NCBI GenBank assembly: GCA_000934665.2
Contig: JYFJ02002402.1
Span: forward strand, 1 to 57,468
DNA: 57,468 nucleotides
Direction: 5' to 3'
Source: Catajapyx aquilonaris
Taxonomy: Eukaryota
Of the stretch, positions 11,701-20,700 are shown in pieces. The notes beneath the pieces were generated by a model. That model worked only from the letters and a program-made list of their open reading frames with translations, ran no database searches and was not told the origin of the DNA. Made by a program: the position numbers and the translations under genes. Numbering within the stretch: position 1 is the stretch's first letter; each line of letters opens with the position of its first letter.

Positions 11701-14700
11701 ATTGCACCATATCGAGAGTACATTAATGTATTCATTCACTCTTGACCATACAGCGTGGCAGTTGTTCCCAACCTTTTCTTCATCGAGGCAACCCTACGCC
11801 CACCAAAAATTCTGAAGGCACCCCTAACATTACACTCACGTCAGTGTAATACTTCTTGTGAATAGTCACATTTCATAGTGAAAAGTAAAACAGTAAATAG
11901 AGTTGCATTACATTTCAGGCAGTGTGTATTATGACACGTATTATAAAATATTAATACAAATAAATTTCACATAGCCGAAAACTATATGATGCATTATTTT
12001 CGCAGCACCCCTGCATGATAAACGCGGCGCAATGGTTGGGAACCCCTGCAGTACGGAATCGGCCAGAGTTAATGTGATTTACATGAAGCATGTGCAGTGG
12101 TGCAGAACATAAAATAAAAACTTCCATTGGTTACATGTGTCCTGGACCACCTAAACACAGTTGTTCCTCTCAGAAAGGACAATGATAAATTATCATAATT
12201 TTAAAATTTTGATCAGACTCTGAAGACATAGTCAAATGTAAAAATAAAAATTGATTAACTGCCCTCACCTTCGAGAAGATGGTTGTACTGACCTAACAGC
12301 GCCTTATTCCGTTGGGCAACCTCGGCATGCTCTTCCGCTAGTTTATCTGATGTTTCCTGCAACTTATGTGACAAACTTGCAGCCTGGGGGGTCAAAATGA
12401 ACATTAGTTATTGAATGCATAAAGCAAGATATGATAATGAAGCTCTTGCCATTTCAAGTGTTGCCCGCGCAGATGTTGCTGGTGGCACACGTGCTGCAAT
12501 AGCCAAATTCTTCAGCAGCTGTGCATTCCTGCGCCGCCGATCCTTTTCGTGGGTACGTCGGACATCCTGCAAAACGTGGGAATAGATGGACATGCTAATG
12601 AGATGAAAATGATTTGGACTCAAAAGCAAATTGTTCCATGGCTATTTTGCAACCTTATTATTGGTCAATTCGTAACTAGGTCAAACACACCTTTTGCTTG
12701 GTATTTTACTGATGTAGAACAAAATGACAGTTTAAACACATGCACATTGTAATTTTTCACCTGATCAGGAACTGAACTTACCAATGTGTCTGATGATGAT
12801 TGCCATTCCACTGATAGGGCTGGGGAAACACTTCGGCTTCGATCAAAGCTCAATCTTGCGGATGGTGGGATTGACGGTGAGTTGTTCAGCAAGTCAGACA
12901 GGGTTATGGCAGGAGTGGCAGATGAAGTCGATGGTTTTGACTTTGCAGGAGACGGACGCTTGGGTGATTCCTGCGATGGCGTGAGGTTGCGAGGCCCATC
13001 TCCTAGCATAGCCTGCATATTTGCCGGACTTGTTGAGAAGAATGATCCCCTGGTTGCCAACTGGGGCTGTGTCTCATTCAGCTTCCGTCGCTTAAGCTCT
13101 GAACCACCACCTGCACGCTCACTTTGCGATCTCTTCATTTTCAAGTGGCGTGTTCTAACCCATGCCTTAAGAGCATTTAAGTCTGCAAAGTGCAACGTGT
13201 TGGGACGCTTGTCTGGATGAGGAATAGCGTAAGTGCCTCCAGGCATGTGCATGACTTGAGTTACCTCTCCTGGTTCAGGCAAATCGGTTAAAAGCAACTT
13301 TCGTCTGCGTCTTATGCTGTTATCTGAACTCACAAGTGCTGCTATCTTTCGAGACGTACGCGAGATTTCTGGCAGGCCAACATTGGCCCGTAAAGCGTTT
13401 GTAATATCACAGTAGACTGGGCCCACCACATCCAGCTCAGACTCGGAGTCATCTAAGTCATGTCGACTCCTACTCTTCCTTCTGGACTTCACCCGCTCTG
13501 CTGCAGTCGACATCACAGCATTCAACAGGTCTTCTGATAAAATGGACTGCACAATATTTTTGCCTTCATCCACATCATGACGCACTTGCAGGGTCTGCTT
13601 GCGGCTGTGACTTGACCTCTCACTTTTCTGAAATGACTGAATGACTTTCAATGGCTTGGTCGACGCTAGTTGTGGCCCTTCCACTTTTGCTGTCGGTACC
13701 CTTGGCTGATCAAAAAATGTCGGGTAGTATGGGCCTGAAAATGAAGAATATATATTTAAAAGTCATGGCAGAGAAAGTCGTAAGTTGTGCACATTATAGT
13801 TTTAAAATCCTAATTAAGGGCATCAAATTATCCAGGAACATGAATAGACAGCTTACCTACAAACACATGTGTAGTAATCCCAGGCAGTGCATAAACTGTG
13901 AGTCGATGATTACGAGGCATAACAGTACCACATGCAGAGCTGGTGAATATGACTGTCACTGTCTTCTTGGCTACATTTGCATGCTTGACTGCCGTCTGCA
14001 ACCGCAACCTTGGCAGCTTATTACGCAGGTTGGGTATGGTTACTTGATCTTCACTGCCATCATCAACTCGAACCAGAGCCCAAACCATGCTCGCTGGGGT
14101 AACGGGGAGAAGGACCTTCTGCGGATCACCTGGGCTGCCCAATGTTGGCACTCTGACATTCTTATCGTAGCTGAAGCCAGTGCCCACAAAGAGGTCGTCA
14201 TTAGTAACTACGTTGGGCTTTGGTAGGAAATCACCGAGTGGGTCAGGTCGGTCTGATGTCACACTGGAGTTATCAGACGCTTGTAATTGCTCGGCTGGTG
14301 CAGGAGTTAAAAATCCGGTGACTGGATCGATCAGTTGTGCAGGTACTATTCTCTCTTCTTCAATATCAATTTCGCTTTTGATAACTTCAGCACTGAAATC
14401 TGGAAGCTCTGTCGAAGTACTTGCAGCCATGCTGGGTGGATCTGGAATCCCCTCACTTTCCTCATGTTTCAACTCAGGGTCCTTCCAATCAAATAGCTCC
14501 GGCAGGAACGAAGCCCTCTCGCCAGTCTCATCATCGCTCCCATGATCGCTGCTAGACTCGCTCTTTGTGAGCACTCCAAGCCACTCCCAGTAGATTCCTC
14601 TCTTGCCCAAAATTGCAAGCTTCCCCATTTCAAAGTCATTCCCTTCTACATTCACATCTGGCGCCAGTATTTCAGCCACCATGTCAGGTAAATGGGTCAG

Positions 14701-17700
14701 TGTCTCTGGAGGAAGGTCCTGTATTCGTGTGCATGAAAGCCTTGGCTGCGCATCCTTTGTGGTCATCAAGAGACGGTTCCTGCTGTCCTGAACGTACCAC
14801 ACAATGTAGAGCTCATCTAACACCAGGCGCTTCAAGTGGCTCCAACGCATCAGTTGACGATCACTGCTCCCCCCAAAGTCAATCCTCTCCAGTATTTCTT
14901 TGCACCGATTTCCAAGAAGTTCAGACACATCCAACTGTTCTGATGGTAGGCTCAGTTCATATTCTTCGCTTGGCTTCTCCTGATTCTGGGCATATTCTGG
15001 ATTCAGAGAACACACACTTGTTATCACAATGTTACAGGTATCGTTTGCTTCAGGTTCTGCTGGAGTGGCATCTGGTGATGGATCACGTGCATCGTGATTT
15101 GGGACCCCATACTTCCGGGACTCCCCCTTCCCATCTCGCTTGGGGATGGGCCAACGGTGGCGGATACCACTGGTGCGGGCACAGAATTTCTCCTCGTCAT
15201 GCCACCAAGGGTCTCGTTCTACATTTCCAGCATTAACGGTACCTTGGATTGAGTTGTATGCAATGAGCACCTTGGGAAATTTAGGAATCACAGCTTTCGG
15301 CTTCTTGCCTTGTAGAGGAGAGCACTTGCAGCAGTACCTGTAATTGTAATAAGTAGCAATAAGCATGATTATGAACAATTAAAGCGAGAGTTAATGTGCA
15401 TTTACAGTAGGTACCCTTTTATTGCAAGTACCGGTATTTTAAAAAACTCTGGCAATTTAGACTTTAAAGTATTTGTCCACAAAATAATTCACTACTGTAG
15501 CTTCTATGTTAAAGGCCTAGATTTAATGCCATAAAAATTTCATACAGCACATAAAAAATGCCTTCATCACTCCCATGGGCATTACAAAGTATTTTAAATT
15601 ATTCCTGGGATTATGACAATTTATCCTCTTTTTTTCAAGCGCCACACAAATACAGGCAAATATGACCTAAATGTGCATAATCCACAAATTAAACGAAGAT
15701 TAGTATGAATAAAACTGAAGCACTTCCACTCTACGAGTACTGAATTGAACTTTGCAATAGCAATATAATCTGTCCCTTCATGATTGATCGACATTTGCAC
15801 ATTGAGTAAACCAGGATACATAAATCAAACATTTACGGGAACTGTTTATTTTTATGCTGCTTAACAAGCAGAAACTATTAAATTACTTGCAGCAGTTTAC
15901 CGTACTGGCTCGGCAAAAACATTTATGGCCTGGGACAATATTTTTGCCACGTAATTAGTGAGGCCTAATATTGATTTTACATGTGAAAATCTTCGATCCC
16001 AAAAAGGAGACTTATACACACAAGAGGGAAATGTGTAAATTTAGGCCGCCACATTTTTGTCATCTCGGGGAACTGTGGTCGAAAAAGTAGCATCTACTGA
16101 GAGCAACACAATGTTTTTTTTTTTGTTTACTGGAAAGCAGCTAAATAAGCAATCATTTGTAATCTTTCCTTTTGGCTGTCATGTACAGCATGATGTATTT
16201 TAAGATGCACGTACCTTAAATGATCCATACACAATGGCTTCACGTTGCCCATATTGAGCCTCTTTGTCCTCACTTGCGGCTCTAATTGCAACTTCGGATC
16301 ATCGAGAATGTACTGTTGGTAGACCTTCGGACTCACTGTTGCCTTGTGTTTAGGCATCACTGATGAAACAGGTATGTCCTCCCCCACAAAATTCTTCGTC
16401 GATCCACGTGCCAGCAGTTGTAAGACATCTTTTGTCATCACACTGTCCCTGAATTTTTCAGGAATTTTGGTCTCACGTTTGCGCCGCTCGCTCACCATCA
16501 TGACTTCATTAGCAGCACGAATAACAGTTGACTTGAACTCCTTCTCATTTGGAGCCAAGTTCTGGTTACTCTCATCCTCAATTCGAGCCAGCACAGCCGG
16601 ATTCAGTAATGAAAGCTTCTTGGTTCCCAGAGTGCGTTGCTTCCAGCTTCCATCTCGGCATCGGCATTGAAACATGCACTCAACACGCCCACAATGCTCT
16701 GGAATGTGAGCCCACTCTCCTCTGATGCTCTCGCACACACAGCCGAGTGAGCAATGGTCCTTTCCACATAAATCGTTGGAGCTGGACGAGCTCTTAGCAG
16801 GTGCACTAAGAGCAGAGGCTACGTTTTCAGATGCCTTCTCAGCAGGATCAGCAGGATCAATCGAGTCATATCTGGAAATGTCAGAGAGAGAAAAGTTGCA
16901 GTAATATTCATTGATTTATCATATTTGTTGTACAATTGCATTGGTTATATGTACACTAACAGGTTTATAGACTGTCAAATCATGAAGAAAAAAAATTATC
17001 AAACTCTCCCTACTCTTGGTAAACAGCTGGTAACAACTGGTAAAAAGGATCGACCAACTCGTTCACCACGCTAGAGAAATTAATAGCTGATAATTCATCT
17101 TTCTTGTCCTTTTTTGGCAGCAATTTGTCCCGAGTTCAATCCCCGGGTCGAGCGGTGGACACTTACGTAGAAAACGTTCCGATGGGTTCTCGCCATGTTT
17201 GCGTGGGTTTCCTCGGGGTTCTCCTGTTTACTCCCACTACCAAAAACCCACTATACGATTGCCAGATAGCCTTAGCTGCTTTGGCACAACCACAACCAAC
17301 CAACCAGTAATATGGCTGTTGACAAATATTACATTACTGAGCTTGTACTTACCCAACTTTCTCCACATCAATGAAAGTGGCCCCCAGCCTCTTGAGCTCC
17401 CGATTGATGGCAGTCCTCTTCCCACCACCCCTCCACCTCCACGGAAAGGACCGTCCTCCTCTCCTCCCTACTGGTCCTCTAATCTTCTGCTTCTGATCTG
17501 GAGGTGGGCTGGATGGGTGCGGAGGTGATAAAGGCACATCACCCTCCTCTCCCCTTCCCCATGGTGCTTGGTCCATCTGAATCTGCTCAGGAATAGAGCT
17601 GGATGAATGTGGATGTGGTGAAGGCGCTTCATCCCGAGGCTGCTTTGGCGGACGACCACGAGTGACCACTGTCACTTTCATTTTCCCTCGGTTTGAAGCC

Positions 17701-20700
17701 TGTTTTTTACCGGACTTATGTGGCACACTCTTCTTCACAACAGGCTCTGGTGGAACTACGGCAGAGGCAGCAAATTCAGCCCAAGCTGCATCCACGCTCG
17801 TCTGTGACTGACGTCTCTGCACCTGTCGCACTGAAGATGAGCCTGGCTGGTTTTTAATTTTGTATCTATTAAATATGTGCAGCATTGAGGTATTATCAAC
17901 AGTTCCTTTCGGTCGGGGCCCGGCAGAATGGATAGTTCCACCAATGGCCAACAGCCGGCCTTGATCCAGCATGTACAATCCTGTGCCCTGCCTATGACGC
18001 CTACGACCTGACCCACGCCATGCAACATTATTAACCTTTCTGGCTGAAGCCTGTTCCAGCATCAGTCGCTTCTCCCGCAGAGTCTTGGCTTTTGGACCTT
18101 TAGATGGTGAATAGCGCCTCTCAGGAGAACTTGACGGTGACATTGGTGGACTGACAATCATTCCTTCAGGAACAGTGATATCTGAAGCACAGTTCTTGGG
18201 TATCTCGTAGCTGATATTCAACTTGGCATGTGACGTGAGGTAGTCATCAAGTACGTTGCTAATAAATGCAGATTTCTTGGCCTGCTCAGGTGAAACGTGC
18301 TGCTCAATGCTCTGAAGATCACTTTCTTCAGATGCATCGTGTGGCTCAATCTTAGGAAGCATCAGGATTTCATTGCAATATAACTTTGGGAGAGGTGTAT
18401 CATCCTGGGTTGCTTCTAATGTTAGATCTGAAAACTGCGGCTTATCTCCTGCCTCTTCTAAGGTTGGATCTGACAGCTGAGGCTCATCCCGGACCGCTTG
18501 TGCTTCTTCATCTGTGGATGACTTGCCTTCAGCATCATCACTCGTGTGAAAGTTCTTATTCCTCCATCCCTTAATCATGTGAACATGTTTTGTCTTGGTT
18601 GGTCGCTTGCGTTCTCCACAATTTCGCTGTTGAGAAGGTACAGCACTCTTCTCATCAAACTGCAACAAGTCACTTTCATTCTCAAAGCTGACAAACTCCA
18701 CTCCATCCACCTTGTCAACTGATTCTTGCACGACTGGTCTCTGTGAAAGATCTTCATCCTCCTCGTCAGGACTCAACCTCAGGCGAAGATCATCTGAAGA
18801 TGGAGTGCCAGACCTACTGCGCCATGATTTAGTCTTCTCCCCTTGTTCTTCTTCATCCTTCTGCAGGGGAGCCACTTTCTTCGTCTGGAGCTTCGGGTGC
18901 ATATTCCAGGCCTTCTTCTTACATTTCATCGACACCTGCATACCATGGCTCAGCTTTCTCTGGACCACAGCCTTGAACAAGTTGTCTGGTTTCTTCCTCT
19001 CCACATTGCTGGATCATAAAATTTTAAGAGGTTGAGGTCAAAGGTAGTTGATACTAGGATGGTTAGAGGTGTAGATGTTGGTTCCGACCATTACCTGGTC
19101 GTCTCTAGGTTAAGGTTAGGTGTTGGATGGAGGATGTTTAAGATCCTCCTTAGTGAGTAGTGCTGTTGATATTTGTGGTATGGCTAAGGTGGGTTGTAAG
19201 AAGGGGGATCGTTGGTGGAACGAGGAGGTGGCTAAGGCTGTTAATTGTAAGAAGGAGGCTTACTTAGGAATGCTGCAGGGTAGTGTCCCTGCAGGGGAGT
19301 ATAGGTTTTGGAAGCGGGAGGCAGCACGGGTTGTTACGGAAAGTAAGAAGCAAGTAGGTCTAGAGGAGAGTGAGAGGCTGGAGAAGGCCTTCAAGGAGGA
19401 TGAGAAGTCTTTTTGGAAGACTGTTAGGAGGTTAAGAACTGGCAGTGGGGTTAGTGTAGCGGGTGTGAAGGATAAGAAGGGTGACATGCTGTGGGATGGA
19501 GAAGAGGTGAAAGGTCGTTGGGGAGAGTATTTTAAGGACTTGCTGTCGGCAAGTGATAAGGCCAGTGTTGCTGTTTCCGTAAGCTTAATTGGGGATGATG
19601 TACCGAGTAATGATGGTTGTGGGAATATATATCAGTAAGAAGGAAGTTGCAGCTGCTGTTTTAGAACTGAAACTAGGCAAATCCCCTGGGGTTGATGCCA
19701 CTTCTTCAGAAATGGTGAGGTGTGGCGGTGACGATGATGTTACTTTTTTGGCTTATTTATGTAGGGTTTCTTTCTTGTAGTTCCTAGAGATTGGAGGGAT
19801 GCTATTATAGTCAGGGTTGTGAACCGAACCGAACCCTTGCTCCGTGAACCTGATAACATCGGAGCCACTCCAGAGCAGCAGAGCCGGGTCCGGAGCAAGC
19901 GTCGGAGCTTGGTTCGGGGGAGAGTGGAGCCAAGGTCGGAGCAGTTCCGGAGCGGTTCAGAGCTTGGTTAGGTACAACATACCAACGCAACGGGGGGGGG
20001 AAAGGCAGAAAAACCGCTGGATTTACTCCAGCATATGCATCATGTTTTCATGGTGACAGAATGGCATTTTCAACACCCCCCCCCCCCCTACAGGGTGTAC
20101 CGGAAAAGTCACATTTTTATATGCATTTTTGTATGTTACATTATGTCATACTCATTTTTTGTATGTCACATTCTCATGTCATGCACATTTGTTGTATGGC
20201 ACATTTTTTATGTCATACTCATTTTTTGCATGTTACAATATCATATTGTAACATACAACAAATGCTCATGACCATTAGCTCTTGGTATGACATGAGAATG
20301 CGACATCCAAAAAATGGGTATGACATATTGTAATGTACAAAACTGCATATGATATAAAAATGCGACATATGCGGTACACCCTGTATCGCGAGTGCTTGGA
20401 AATGCCATTCTGCCACCATGAAAACATGACGCATACGCTGGAGTAAATCCAGCGGTTTTTCTGCCTTTCCCCCCGTTGCGTTGGTATGTTGTACCTAACC
20501 AAGCTCTGAACCGCTCCGAATCTCCCTCCGGAACCGGGTTCAACTCCGGAGGCGTTGGTCCGAACCAAACTCTGGATCAAACTGGCAAGCTCCCAACCAA
20601 ACTCTGGACCCGCTCCGACCTTGGCTCCACTCTCCCCCGAACCGGCTCGAATCCGAACCAAGCTCCGACGCTCGCTCCTGACCCGGCTCTACTGCTCCGG

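Noticed and set aside
15480..15575. Intronic C/D-box snoRNA (GTGATGA on the minus strand)
   Set aside because: No downstream CTGA D-box or terminal stem; no convincing snoRNA was seen in any intron.
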